NCBI GenBank assembly: GCA_021806095.1
Contig: JAJZYD010000001.1
Location: forward strand, 1-58,372
Direction: 5' to 3'
From: Candidatus Micrarchaeota archaeon
Lineage (GTDB): Archaea; Micrarchaeota; Micrarchaeia; Micrarchaeales; Micrarchaeaceae
Length of the DNA: 58,372 bases
Below the pieces are notes generated by a model. The model made no database searches and was not told where the DNA came from. It was given only the letters and a program-made list of their open reading frames with translations. Shown here piece by piece: positions 9,417 to 19,326 of this stretch. Within the stretch, counting starts at the first letter, position 1; each line of letters starts with the position of its first letter. A program made the translations under genes and the position numbers.

Positions 9417-9537
9417 TGATTTAGAAAGAATAGAAATATTAATATATTATTATAATGGAAAGTTAAGATATTTAACAAATTTAAATAAATTAAAAAAATA
9501 TTAATTATAGACATTAATCAATAACAAGGTGTTTATT

Positions 9538-9699
9538 TTGTCAAAGAAAACAAGAATTAAAAAATTAAAGCTTGGAAAAGAGCTTAAGAAATCAAGAAGA
9601 ATACCGGTACTTGCAGTAGTTAGGACTCATAGAAGATTACAGAGCAACCTTTTTGGAAGAAATTGGAGAAGAACTAAGCTTCGCATAAAGGATGAATAA
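9538..9699 (+). CDS. rpl39e: 50S ribosomal protein L39e (53 aa; absent from the ORF track)
   Basis: TTG start after AAGGTG; MSKKTRIKKLKLGKELKKSRRIPVLAVVRTHRRLQSNLFGRNWRRTKLRIKDE ('RNWRR' motif); directly before rpl31e. Confidence 0.93.
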   Translation: MSKKTRIKKLKLGKELKKSRRIPVLAVVRTHRRLQSNLFGRNWRRTKLRIKDE

Positions 9700-9759
9700 T
9701 TCAACATTTTATATAATAAAAAATCACAATTAAAAATACAATGGATATGGTGTTAATTT

Positions 9760-10164
9760 ATGGCAGAGAGATTGATCACGTTAAATATTAGAAAATATCT
9801 TGTCAAGCAGCCAAGGACAAAACGCGCAAGGAAAGCAATTAGATATATAAGAGAAAGAATCGCACATTATACAAAGATAGATGTTGAAAATGTTAAGATT
9901 GGATATGATGTAAATAATATGGTATTCAAGCATTATGCAAAATACATGACTCCTATAAAGCTCAAAGTAAATATTGGAACCGATACTGCTGATGTGCTTA
10001 TGTATAAAGAGGCATCAGAAGAATCATCAAAAAATGAAAGCAAAGACAAAAAGAAAGAGAAAAAAGATAAAGTTGCAAATACAAAACAGCAAGAAAAAAC
10101 AAAATCAGAAAATATAGCAAAAGAAAACAACACCAATAAAAAAGAAGATAAAAAGAAAGCTTAA
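9760..10164 (+). CDS. rpl31e: 50S ribosomal protein L31e with a charged C-terminal tail
   Basis: 'ERLITLNIR...PRTKRARKAIRYIRE..AHY'. Confidence 0.95.
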   Translation: MAERLITLNIRKYLVKQPRTKRARKAIRYIRERIAHYTKIDVENVKIGYDVNNMVFKHYAKYMTPIKLKVNIGTDTADVLMYKEASEESSKNESKDKKKEKKDKVANTKQQEKTKSENIAKENNTNKKEDKKKA

Positions 10165-10214
10165 TATTATTCCTTTTTCTTTAGGTTTTTAATTTTAGTT
10201 TTAATTTCTCAATA

Positions 10215-11168
10215 TTATGACACTGGAACATTCAATATGTGTTTTCCTACATACCCTATAAATATTGTAAGTGCATCTATGCTTAATGATATAAACAATG
10301 ACTTGAATATAACTTTTGATATTTTTTTATTGCTTACAATTGCTATTATTGATGATATAATAATAATGACCAAAGTTGTAACAGATAATGCAAGTACAAT
10401 TCCATAAAATCCTGAGAATCCAAAAATAAAAGGTGCAAGAGGAAATAATGATCCTATAAAATATGCAATTCCTACATTCAAAGCAGAGCTTTTAGCGCTC
10501 TTTTGGTTATGATATATATTTTTTTCATATTCTGTTGATATATATGCGCCTCCTCCCATCGAAAATGTTCCTGCCATGCTTACAATAAATCCACTAAGTA
10601 CAACAAACATAGGATTATTTACAACCATTGCAATTCCGGCAATAACTGCAAGTATTTCAACAAGCCCATCATTTAATCCAAATGCAATATCTCTTATATT
10701 ACTGAAAATGTTGTTGAAGCCAACAATTTCATCTTCTAATATTCTCTCTCTTTTAAGTTCATCACTTTCTATATATTTTGTGATTTTTAAATCTTCTTTT
10801 GAAAGTTTGTCGAGTTTAATTATTTTGTTAAGGTTATGTTCTATAACATTTTCATTATATTCAAGGATTTTTATCATTAGTGCAATTCCAAGAAATTTTC
10901 TTGTAATAAGCATAAAACGTTCTGTTGTTTTAAACCTTAATTTTGGGGGTTTTATGTTATTTAGTTTTAGAGCCTCCTCCCATAACCGCATATGTTTTTC
11001 TTCTATTTTTGAGAGTTCAATCAAATCATGATATAAATTATTACTCTTCAATTTTTTTTCATTTGCAAGCGCTTTGTAAATATTTGAATGAAGTGCCTCC
11101 ATATTATAAAGTTCTTTAAAATATTTTATTTTTAATTTTTCATAATTTTTATTAATCAATGCATTCAT
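10215..11168 (-). CDS. Ferritin/rubrerythrin-like + VIT1/CCC1 fusion (MbfA-like metal exporter)
   Basis: N-terminal 'EEKH' ferritin-like domain; C-terminal 'RDIAFGLNDGLVE...AGTFSMGGGAYIS' VIT1 signature. Confidence 0.88.
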   Translation of the reverse strand: MNALINKNYEKLKIKYFKELYNMEALHSNIYKALANEKKLKSNNLYHDLIELSKIEEKHMRLWEEALKLNNIKPPKLRFKTTERFMLITRKFLGIALMIKILEYNENVIEHNLNKIIKLDKLSKEDLKITKYIESDELKRERILEDEIVGFNNIFSNIRDIAFGLNDGLVEILAVIAGIAMVVNNPMFVVLSGFIVSMAGTFSMGGGAYISTEYEKNIYHNQKSAKSSALNVGIAYFIGSLFPLAPFIFGFSGFYGIVLALSVTTLVIIIISSIIAIVSNKKISKVIFKSLFISLSIDALTIFIGYVGKHILNVPVS

Positions 11169-11250
11169 ACAATCACATAATAAAAATATTAGTTAAATAG
11201 TTCACTATAGAAAGTAATAAAAAGAGTTATAACCAATTCTTATAGATAAT

Positions 11251-13884
11251 ATGAAGACAAATATTAACAGGACACTATTATATTATATGCTACTATTAAC
11301 TCTAATATTTATTATATCCAGTTATATTTATTTTTCTAATGTTGCTTTTGCATCTAATTTAACATCAAATAATATAACAGTATCACAATCAAACAATATA
11401 TCTTCAAGCAATACCTATAATATTATAACAACCTTTATTGAAATAGGCTTACCATCAAACACATTTTGGAGTGCTACCTACAATAATATTACTCAAAATA
11501 CAAATACATCAAACAATGTTTTTTTATCACCACAAGGAAATTATATATTTGAAATATCAAATGTAATTATAGGCAATGTTGTGTATGCGCCAATCCCATC
11601 AAGCGGTAGTTTTATTGCTGGAAATATTATTAAAATAAATTTTACTTCCACGCTTAGATCAACTATTGTACCAAGCACAAAATCTGCTACAACAACATCT
11701 GCATTTCCTTTTAATGCTACTGCATCTTTAATAAGTAGTCATATACAATTAGTTAGATTAATCAACAATAAAATTACAAGTATTTATCAAAATTCAAAAT
11801 TTAATAAAAATAATACAGTTAATTTTATTGAAGCAATGAAAATTGATAATGAAACTGTTAATCTACGAGCTACAGTACCTCTTATTCAAAATATTTTTAA
11901 AAGCCAGAATTCTAAAAATATAACTGAAGAAATAGCCCAGATAGCGTTTATTACAAACAAAAGTTATAATACAAGCAATATAAATTTCTTTAATTTATCT
12001 CTTTATTCTTCATTCTCAAAAGGTAAATTAATTTCATACACACAATTTGTACCTGCAAACATAAAAGTTCCAATTGTTATAAATGCAAATACAAATACAA
12101 CATTAAGCTTAATTGATGTAAAGATACGCAATAACGAAAATAATGTTTCAACTGCTATTTCGTTTATAAATAATAGTGCACAATTAATTAAGTCATTCAA
12201 TAAACCTTTTTTAACCGCTTTTATTATAAATAGTACATTGAAGGATTCAAATGTTACTGAAGCTTCATATAATTTTTCAGTTCCAAAGACATGGATTGCT
12301 AATTTAAATATAAATCCAGATCAGATTGTATTATACAAATATATAAATTATACTAATTCTTGGGTTCCTCTACCAACCTATATTATTAACAATAACTCAT
12401 CTGATTATTATTATATAGCAATTTCAAATTCACTTTCAACTTATCTTGTTTCATTTAACACAAATGCTGTAACAACAGGTACAGCCGGTGCCAGTTCAGC
12501 ATCTATAACATTACCCAGTGGCTATAGACTTTATCTCTGCGGAGCTGGTGCTAACTATACTTTTGCAACATCAGGAACTGCATTTACATGGACACAAGAT
12601 GTTGGTGCACCATCAGGAGCACCTATAAATAACGGAGAAAATGCATCTATAGGTCATCAGAGCAGTAATATATGTACTGCTTATACAACAGGAGCAACCG
12701 ATCCAGGTTTAGCTCTTGCCGGAATTGGAATTAATCAAATATATTATACTTTATATAGTAATGCAACGGCCAAATCACATAAATCAAGTTTGAGTTATAC
12801 CGTAAGCACAAGTAATTCTTTTGTTGTTATATTAGCCGATGCAGGATATTATAACTTTACTGCAGTAACACCTTCGTCTAGTACTTGTGTAAAACAACAA
12901 TTTGTAAACAATTCAGATAGTGATGAATCTGCATATGTAGCAACGTGCCAGAATCAAGCAAGTGGATCATATACTGTAGCTGCCACAACTGCTAAGGTTC
13001 CTGACAAAGGATCTTCTGTAATAGCTGCTTATGTATTTTCTCCTTTTAATTTAATACTTGATGACAATATACCTAATGGTGAAATAACAACAGATGGTGC
13101 AACCTATTCAACAGGAAGCACTATTCAGGTTATAGGTACAAATACCGTTCAAGCTGTAGCCCCGTCAAACTTCATATTTACTGGCTGGACTGTTAGCAAT
13201 ACATTGAATTTGAGTCTTTCAAGTACAACTGCAAATCCATCAACATTAACAGTAATGGGTAATGGCATACTTACTGCAAATTATAATGGTATAAGTAATT
13301 TCATTGAGAGCGGGCTCCCTAGCGGCTCAACATGGAATGTGGTTTATGATGGAATTCTTAGTTCATCTACAACTAATACAATAACATTCTCCACTCTTCC
13401 TGGAAATTATCCTTTCACAATTGCAAATCAAGTAATTAGTGGGACTACATATATTCCAAGCCCTTCAAGCGGCTATCTTGTTGCAGGCAATACAACATCT
13501 ATAACTTTTCCTCTCTCTTGTTATATAACATTAACTCCAAATACAATAAACTTCGGCAATGTAAATCCTAATACTAATATTGCCACAATTAATTCTGTTG
13601 TTGATAGTAATAGCGGCAATGCTAATGCAAATATGCTGGTATATGGAGGAAACTGGCTTGTTTCATCAACACTTGCCAATGGCTTTGGAGTTAGCAATAC
13701 TTCTTACGCATCTACAAGCGGCGTTCCATATTCATCTGCAAATAAGTTAAGCAAAACTGCAACATCTACTCTTTTGACAGTTCCTGCCTCAGGATCAAAT
13801 ACAATATATTTTGGACTCAATATACCTCCAGGTGTTGCTGCAAATTCATATACGCAAACAATAACAATCGAAAATAGTTGTTGA
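11251..13884 (+). CDS. Large secreted surface glycoprotein with a PGF-pre-PGF-like domain and duplicated 'FxExGLP' Ig-like modules
   Basis: Signal peptide, many NxS/T sequons, 'FSVPKTWI..INPDQIVLYKY..WVPLPT..YIAISNSLSTY' domain, and two copies of 'FIE.GLPS...W...Y....GNY.F.I.N..I....Y.P.PSSG...AGN...I.F'. Confidence 0.75.
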   Translation: MKTNINRTLLYYMLLLTLIFIISSYIYFSNVAFASNLTSNNITVSQSNNISSSNTYNIITTFIEIGLPSNTFWSATYNNITQNTNTSNNVFLSPQGNYIFEISNVIIGNVVYAPIPSSGSFIAGNIIKINFTSTLRSTIVPSTKSATTTSAFPFNATASLISSHIQLVRLINNKITSIYQNSKFNKNNTVNFIEAMKIDNETVNLRATVPLIQNIFKSQNSKNITEEIAQIAFITNKSYNTSNINFFNLSLYSSFSKGKLISYTQFVPANIKVPIVINANTNTTLSLIDVKIRNNENNVSTAISFINNSAQLIKSFNKPFLTAFIINSTLKDSNVTEASYNFSVPKTWIANLNINPDQIVLYKYINYTNSWVPLPTYIINNNSSDYYYIAISNSLSTYLVSFNTNAVTTGTAGASSASITLPSGYRLYLCGAGANYTFATSGTAFTWTQDVGAPSGAPINNGENASIGHQSSNICTAYTTGATDPGLALAGIGINQIYYTLYSNATAKSHKSSLSYTVSTSNSFVVILADAGYYNFTAVTPSSSTCVKQQFVNNSDSDESAYVATCQNQASGSYTVAATTAKVPDKGSSVIAAYVFSPFNLILDDNIPNGEITTDGATYSTGSTIQVIGTNTVQAVAPSNFIFTGWTVSNTLNLSLSSTTANPSTLTVMGNGILTANYNGISNFIESGLPSGSTWNVVYDGILSSSTTNTITFSTLPGNYPFTIANQVISGTTYIPSPSSGYLVAGNTTSITFPLSCYITLTPNTINFGNVNPNTNIATINSVVDSNSGNANANMLVYGGNWLVSSTLANGFGVSNTSYASTSGVPYSSANKLSKTATSTLLTVPASGSNTIYFGLNIPPGVAANSYTQTITIENSC

Positions 13885-14224
13885 TTATTTATAAATGTGG
13901 GTATAAAACTTACTCCTTTCATAAGCGGAATATGAGCCCACTACAACACATATAAATTTGATTCCTGTCGTATCTGTTGAAAGTGCTTTTAAATATTGTT
14001 TATCATCTAATTATCAATATATTATAATAAATTTACAAAAATTGCAGCTAAGACAAAAAATCTATTGATAAAATAAAAGTAAAGACAAAAAGAAAGATAA
14101 TTAAAATCCAAATTTGAATGGTGGAATAGTGTGTATAAAATAACACAGCTTTATTTATATTCTTTTTTAATATATTAAATATATTTTTACTAAATTATAT
14201 TTAGAAAAAAGCAAAGGTGTAAAA

Positions 14225-15247
14225 ATGAATTTTAAGGAATTAATAGAATTATACAAGCCAAAGATTTATTCAAAGATCTGTGAATATGTTCCAATAAAAG
14301 AACCAGAAGGGCACTATAAAATTGCAAGGGACTATATTGATAGGCAAGGTAAGTATGCAAGGCCTGGGCTGCTTATGCTTTCTGGAAGGCTCTTTGGTGC
14401 CAGTGAAGATGAATTAATACTGCCTGCAGCAGCACAGCAGCTTTCTGAAGACTGGATATTGATGCAGGATGATTTGGAAGATGATTCTGAATTGAGAAGA
14501 GGCAAGCCCAGTGCACATAAAATTTATGGTATTGTTCATACGCTCAATGCAAGCAATATTGGAAATATGGCAGTATGGAAAATGCTCAAAGATTATATGC
14601 TAAAATACGGCAGCGAAAAAGGAAATAAATTATATAATAAATTTTATGATATGATAGAATATACAATAGAGGGCCAATATATAGAGAATGAATTTATTCA
14701 TTATACAAAAAATCTTAATGCCGCTTCAGATGAGCTTTATTATAGAATTGCTGCCAGTAAAACTTGCTATTATTCAGTATACGGGCCTCTACAATTAGGT
14801 GCAATCGTCGCAGATCAGCCAGATTCCACACTTGAAATTTTTAAGAATATAGGGAAAAATGCAGGGATAGCTTTTCAAATTGCTGATGATATATTAGATA
14901 TGACCGCTGATGAAAAATTATTCGGCAAAAAAAATTTTGGAGATTTATATGAAGGTAAGGTTACATTAATAATTACTTATACTTATCAAAATGCAACAAA
15001 AGAAGAGAAAGAAAAAATAAACCAGATATATAAGAAAAAAAGGGCAGAAAAAACGGAAGATGAAATAAGGTTTTTAAGAGATATGATAGAAAAATATAAA
15101 GGCATTGAATATGCAAGATCTGTTGCAAATAAATATGGGAATATGGCAACAGAAGCAATCAATGAAAATATAGACAAGCTTCCTCAAAATGAATATACAT
15201 CTATATTTAGTTCCGCTATTAAAGATTTATATATAAGAAATAAGTAA
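14225..15247 (+). CDS. Polyprenyl diphosphate synthase (GGPP synthase-like)
   Basis: 'GKYARP', first Asp-rich motif 'QDDLEDDSELRRG', 'EGQ', 'KT', second motif 'FQIADDILD', 'GDLYEGK'. Confidence 0.93.
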   Translation: MNFKELIELYKPKIYSKICEYVPIKEPEGHYKIARDYIDRQGKYARPGLLMLSGRLFGASEDELILPAAAQQLSEDWILMQDDLEDDSELRRGKPSAHKIYGIVHTLNASNIGNMAVWKMLKDYMLKYGSEKGNKLYNKFYDMIEYTIEGQYIENEFIHYTKNLNAASDELYYRIAASKTCYYSVYGPLQLGAIVADQPDSTLEIFKNIGKNAGIAFQIADDILDMTADEKLFGKKNFGDLYEGKVTLIITYTYQNATKEEKEKINQIYKKKRAEKTEDEIRFLRDMIEKYKGIEYARSVANKYGNMATEAINENIDKLPQNEYTSIFSSAIKDLYIRNK

Positions 15248-15311
15248 AAATAATAAAAAAAGTATTGTGTTAAAATTTCCTTTTTTTGTTTTGATTATAT
15301 TTTATTCATCA

Positions 15312-16361
15312 TTATATTTCTTCCAATCCTAATCCCTGTTTTTTACTATTGTTTTCGTTTGTTCCTCCAAGAATATTTGCGCTTTTTATACCAGTGAAGA
15401 TTGCAATGACTGAAACCTTGCTATTGTATGTTGGTTCAACTCTCGCTCCCCATATAACATTTGCATCTGGAACTGTTAGTTCAGTAAGCTTTTTTCCAAT
15501 TTCATTTGCATCTCCAAGCGTAAGATCATTTCCTCCTGTTATATGTATGAGCACTGAATTAGCACCACTATAATCAACATCAAGCAACTTATTTTTAAAT
15601 GTGTCCCTCACTGCTTCTTCGACTTTGTTTGGTCCTGAGCCTTCTCCAATGCTGATAAAAGCCAAACCACCACCATTCATTATACTCTTGATATCTGCAA
15701 AATCCACATTTATCAAGCTTGGTGTATTTATTGCTTCTGTAATGCCCCGCACTGCTTTTGCAGTTACTTCATCTGCAATTTTAAATGCCTGATCTATTGC
15801 GAGATTTGGATAAAGTGAAAAGAGTCTTTGATTATCAATAATAATTAAAGTATCAACATGTTTTCTTAATTCTTCAATTCCTTTTCTTGCAACTTCTAAT
15901 CTTACTCTTTCCAATGCAAATGGAAATGTTACTATACCTATAACTATTGCCCCTCGTGATTTAGCAATATCTGCGACGATTGGAGCCGCGCCTGTTCCTG
16001 TGCCTCCACCCATACCTGCTGTTACAAATACCATATTATAATCCCGCAAAGAATCTTCAATAGTCTGCTTTGAATAAACTGCTGCTTTCTCACCAATATC
16101 TGGAAAGCCTCCAGCACCCATTCCGTTTGTTAAGACTCCACCTATCAATATTCTTTTTATACTTTGATCCATCATCTTAAGATGTTTTGCGTCAGTATTA
16201 ACTGCTATTAATGTAGCACCTCTTATTCCCATTCTAGCTATTCTTAAAATAGAATTGCTTCCTCCTCCACCACACCCAACAACAGCTATTTTTGTTTGAA
16301 AATATTCTTCATTTATATTATCATTAGTTCTATCTTTAATTTCAGAATCAAAAAAATTCAT
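15312..16361 (-). CDS. ftsZ: Cell division protein FtsZ
   Basis: 'GGGTGTG' tubulin signature, 'NTD', 'INVDFAD'. Confidence 0.98.
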   Translation of the reverse strand: MNFFDSEIKDRTNDNINEEYFQTKIAVVGCGGGGSNSILRIARMGIRGATLIAVNTDAKHLKMMDQSIKRILIGGVLTNGMGAGGFPDIGEKAAVYSKQTIEDSLRDYNMVFVTAGMGGGTGTGAAPIVADIAKSRGAIVIGIVTFPFALERVRLEVARKGIEELRKHVDTLIIIDNQRLFSLYPNLAIDQAFKIADEVTAKAVRGITEAINTPSLINVDFADIKSIMNGGGLAFISIGEGSGPNKVEEAVRDTFKNKLLDVDYSGANSVLIHITGGNDLTLGDANEIGKKLTELTVPDANVIWGARVEPTYNSKVSVIAIFTGIKSANILGGTNENNSKKQGLGLEEI

Positions 16362-16574
16362 ATCAACACCATTTACATTTTCTTTTATGTTATATTATAA
16401 TACTTCTAATTAACTATCTGTAGATAAGTTTTTATAGTTTTTTGAATTAATATTATATCTAAATATAAGAAGCAGTTATTTATTTCAGTTTTATTTTATA
16501 TAATTCAGAAATAAAAAGATATATAAATTACAAATTAAAATTATAATACTATATATTGTATTTAAGTGATAGAT

Positions 16575-17093
16575 ATGGCAAGATTAAGACCTGCAAGAAC
16601 ATGCAGAAAAGCAAATTCACAGAGTTGGGCAAGATACTCTCAGAAGAAGCCAAGAAAAAATTATATAAGAGCGTTGCCTCACACAAGCATTCAGATTTTT
16701 GATATGGGAAAAGACAAGACAGAATATAATGTTAAAGTTTATTTGACGACCAACGAACCAATACAACTTAGATCAAATGCGCTTGAAGCCGCAAGGACTG
16801 TAGCTCACAAATTTCTTGATTCAATAATTCCTGAAAGCTATTACATGAAGCTTCTTGTTTATCCCCATAATGTGATAAGAGAGCACAAGATGGCCAGCGG
16901 TGCAGGGGCAGATAGAGTTTCAAGGGGTATGAGCCTTGCTTTTGGTAAGCCCATATCAGTTGCCGCAAGATTGAAGTCAAAACAGCACGTATTTATGATA
17001 AAGACAAGCTCTGCTAATAAGCAAATTGCAGTCGATGCAATGAAGAAGGCATTAGCAAAGCTGTCAGGAACATACTATATAAGCAATGAATAA
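16575..17093 (+). CDS. rpl10e: 50S ribosomal protein L10e (uL16)
   Basis: 'LRPARTCR', 'QLRSNALEAAR', 'GAGADRVSRGMSLAFGKP'. ATG at 16575 after AGTGAT preferred to the GTG at 16566. Confidence 0.96.
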   Translation: MARLRPARTCRKANSQSWARYSQKKPRKNYIRALPHTSIQIFDMGKDKTEYNVKVYLTTNEPIQLRSNALEAARTVAHKFLDSIIPESYYMKLLVYPHNVIREHKMASGAGADRVSRGMSLAFGKPISVAARLKSKQHVFMIKTSSANKQIAVDAMKKALAKLSGTYYISNE

Positions 17094-18087
17094 TGTAGTG
17101 GCAAAATACAGTGGCAATAAACAAAATAAAAATAGTGCAGATATGCGTATATTACTACAATTTCCAGAAGGATTAAAGCAGAATGCGCTTGAATATGCAA
17201 AAGAGCTGGAGTCTAAGGGAGATGAAGTTTTTATATCCGCTTCTCCTTCCTTTGGTGCATGTGATTTAGCTATAAGCGAAGCAAGAAAGCTTAAAGTTGA
17301 TAAGCTCATTCATTTTGGTCATGCTGAATTTCATAAAGTAAACGAAGACTTTAAAATTGAATATGTTGAATACAAGATTGATGCACCTTTAGATATAATT
17401 AAAGAATTGATTCCTTTATTGGAACCATATAAAAAGATAGCAATTGTTACAACTGTTCAGCATATTCACCAGCTTCCATCAATAAAAGAAAAACTTGAGA
17501 AAGCAGGTAAAAAAGTAATAATCGGCAAACCTTTCGGATTTGCAAAATATGATGGTCAGATATTGGGATGTGATGTTGGAAGTGCGGCCAGAGTCGATAA
17601 TATTGTTGATGCGCATATTTATTTTGGTGGCGGGGTATTTCATCCGCTTGGTGCTGTGCTTAATACAAATAAACCTTTCTTCGCTGTTGATCCTTTCTTA
17701 AATAAAATAGAAAAAATTGATAGATTAAGAGAAAAGTACGAAAAGAGGAGCAGAGGTAAAATTCTAAGTTCAGTAAATGCAAAGAATTTTGGGATTCTTG
17801 TAAGTATAAAAAATGGCCAATATAATATTGAATTGGCAAAGACTCTTAAGAAAAAGATTGAAAATTTAGGGCTTAATTTAAATGCAGAAATTCTTGTTTC
17901 TGATACTTTTGATTTTGTCTCTTTAGACAACATGGTGAAGTTTGATGTGTTTGTTAATACTGCCTGTCCAAGGCTTGCTATTGATGATATCAATAGAACA
18001 AGAGCACCGATTTTAAGTGCAAATGAACTTATAAAAGTACTTGAGCTCAAAGAAGGATTAAAGAAATCCGATGAAAGAAAATCTTAA
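17086..18087 (+). CDS. dph2: 2-(3-amino-3-carboxypropyl)histidine synthase (diphthamide biosynthesis)
   Basis: 'LQFPEGLK', 'FGACD', 'HFGH', 'GQILGC', 'TACPR'. Confidence 0.96.
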   Translation: MNNVVAKYSGNKQNKNSADMRILLQFPEGLKQNALEYAKELESKGDEVFISASPSFGACDLAISEARKLKVDKLIHFGHAEFHKVNEDFKIEYVEYKIDAPLDIIKELIPLLEPYKKIAIVTTVQHIHQLPSIKEKLEKAGKKVIIGKPFGFAKYDGQILGCDVGSAARVDNIVDAHIYFGGGVFHPLGAVLNTNKPFFAVDPFLNKIEKIDRLREKYEKRSRGKILSSVNAKNFGILVSIKNGQYNIELAKTLKKKIENLGLNLNAEILVSDTFDFVSLDNMVKFDVFVNTACPRLAIDDINRTRAPILSANELIKVLELKEGLKKSDERKS

Positions 18088-18101
18088 TCTAAAAATTCAA
18101 A

Positions 18102-19154
18102 TTAAATGAGAATAAGTGCAGCCAACAATAAATTTATAACCGCTAAAGGCATAAGATACTTCCATCCTAATCTTAGCAGTTTATCAATTCTCATTCTAAC
18201 CGTTGTTGCTCTTATGATAATAATAAATAATGCGATAATTGATACTTTTGCGATGAACCATATAAATGCGGAAATAAATGTAGGACCAAGCCAACCACCA
18301 AAAAACAGAATTACTATTAATGCAGAACCGAGGAGCATTCTTGCATAATCAACAAGCAACATTAATCCATAGTAAGGCGCGCTTACATCTGTAAGCAATC
18401 CTGCAATGAGCTCACTATCAGCCTCCCTTAAATCAAAAGGTGGCCTTTCAAGCTCTCCAAGCATTGCAATAAAAAATACAAAGAAGCCAACAGGCAAGAT
18501 TACAATAAACCACATATTAGTTTGTGCATTGATAATATTCTGGAAGTTGTAACTGCCAGCAACAAGGATCACGCTTGCAACTACCAACAATATAGAAATT
18601 TCATAGCTTGCAAGCATCATAACAGATCTTTGCGCGCTTATTGAAGAAAATTTATTGCCGCTTGACCACCCTATTATAAATTCAATCAGCGGAACTAATG
18701 ATAAAAGAAAGAATACAATCAACACTGAAAAGCTTGTTGCAACTCCAACAAAGGTACTTGTAAAAGGAATAAATACAAGCGCAGTTATGAACAAAGTGAC
18801 AATAGCAACCATGCTAAGCTGAAATATTGGTTTGTCAGCGTTGCTTGGTATAATATGCTCCTTAGATATAAGCTTTATAAAGTCAGCAAGGTTTTGCAGT
18901 ATTCCGTATTTACCCAGGAAAGTTGGGCCATGGCGCGATTGAGCTTTTGCAATGAGCTTTCTTTCAAGCCAGCCAAAGATATAGCCAAATAATGAGATTA
19001 TTATAAACAAGGCAATAAAAAAAATGATAAGAGCAACGATTAACGAAATATATTCTAATATTAAAGATACTCCAAGCAAAGGTGCAAGTGCATTATAAAT
19101 TGAAGTATAATAAGAGCCAACAAATCCTGAACTTATATTAAGCATCAAATTCAC
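18102..19154 (-). CDS. nuoH: Complex I subunit H (NuoH/ND1 family)
   Basis: 'ERKLIAKAQSRHGP', 'GILQNLADFIKLISKE', 'RPPFDLREADSELIAG', 'RMRIDKLLRLGWK'. Confidence 0.93.
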   Translation of the reverse strand: MNLMLNISSGFVGSYYTSIYNALAPLLGVSLILEYISLIVALIIFFIALFIIISLFGYIFGWLERKLIAKAQSRHGPTFLGKYGILQNLADFIKLISKEHIIPSNADKPIFQLSMVAIVTLFITALVFIPFTSTFVGVATSFSVLIVFFLLSLVPLIEFIIGWSSGNKFSSISAQRSVMMLASYEISILLVVASVILVAGSYNFQNIINAQTNMWFIVILPVGFFVFFIAMLGELERPPFDLREADSELIAGLLTDVSAPYYGLMLLVDYARMLLGSALIVILFFGGWLGPTFISAFIWFIAKVSIIALFIIIIRATTVRMRIDKLLRLGWKYLMPLAVINLLLAALILI

Positions 19155-19326
19155 TTTAAATATATAAATTATAATAATAAATCAATAAATATAAATTATA
19201 TTATATAAACATGCATTATATATCAAAGAACTTAGATGTTATAATAAATTATAACAAAAGTATAATTATATAAATTGAAAGAATGTATAATATTTATTTT
19301 AAATATTTGAAATATAGGGAAGTAAT

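Noticed and set aside
13885..14010. Minus-strand open frame after the surface protein gene
   Set aside because: No start codon after the upstream stop and no recognisable motif.
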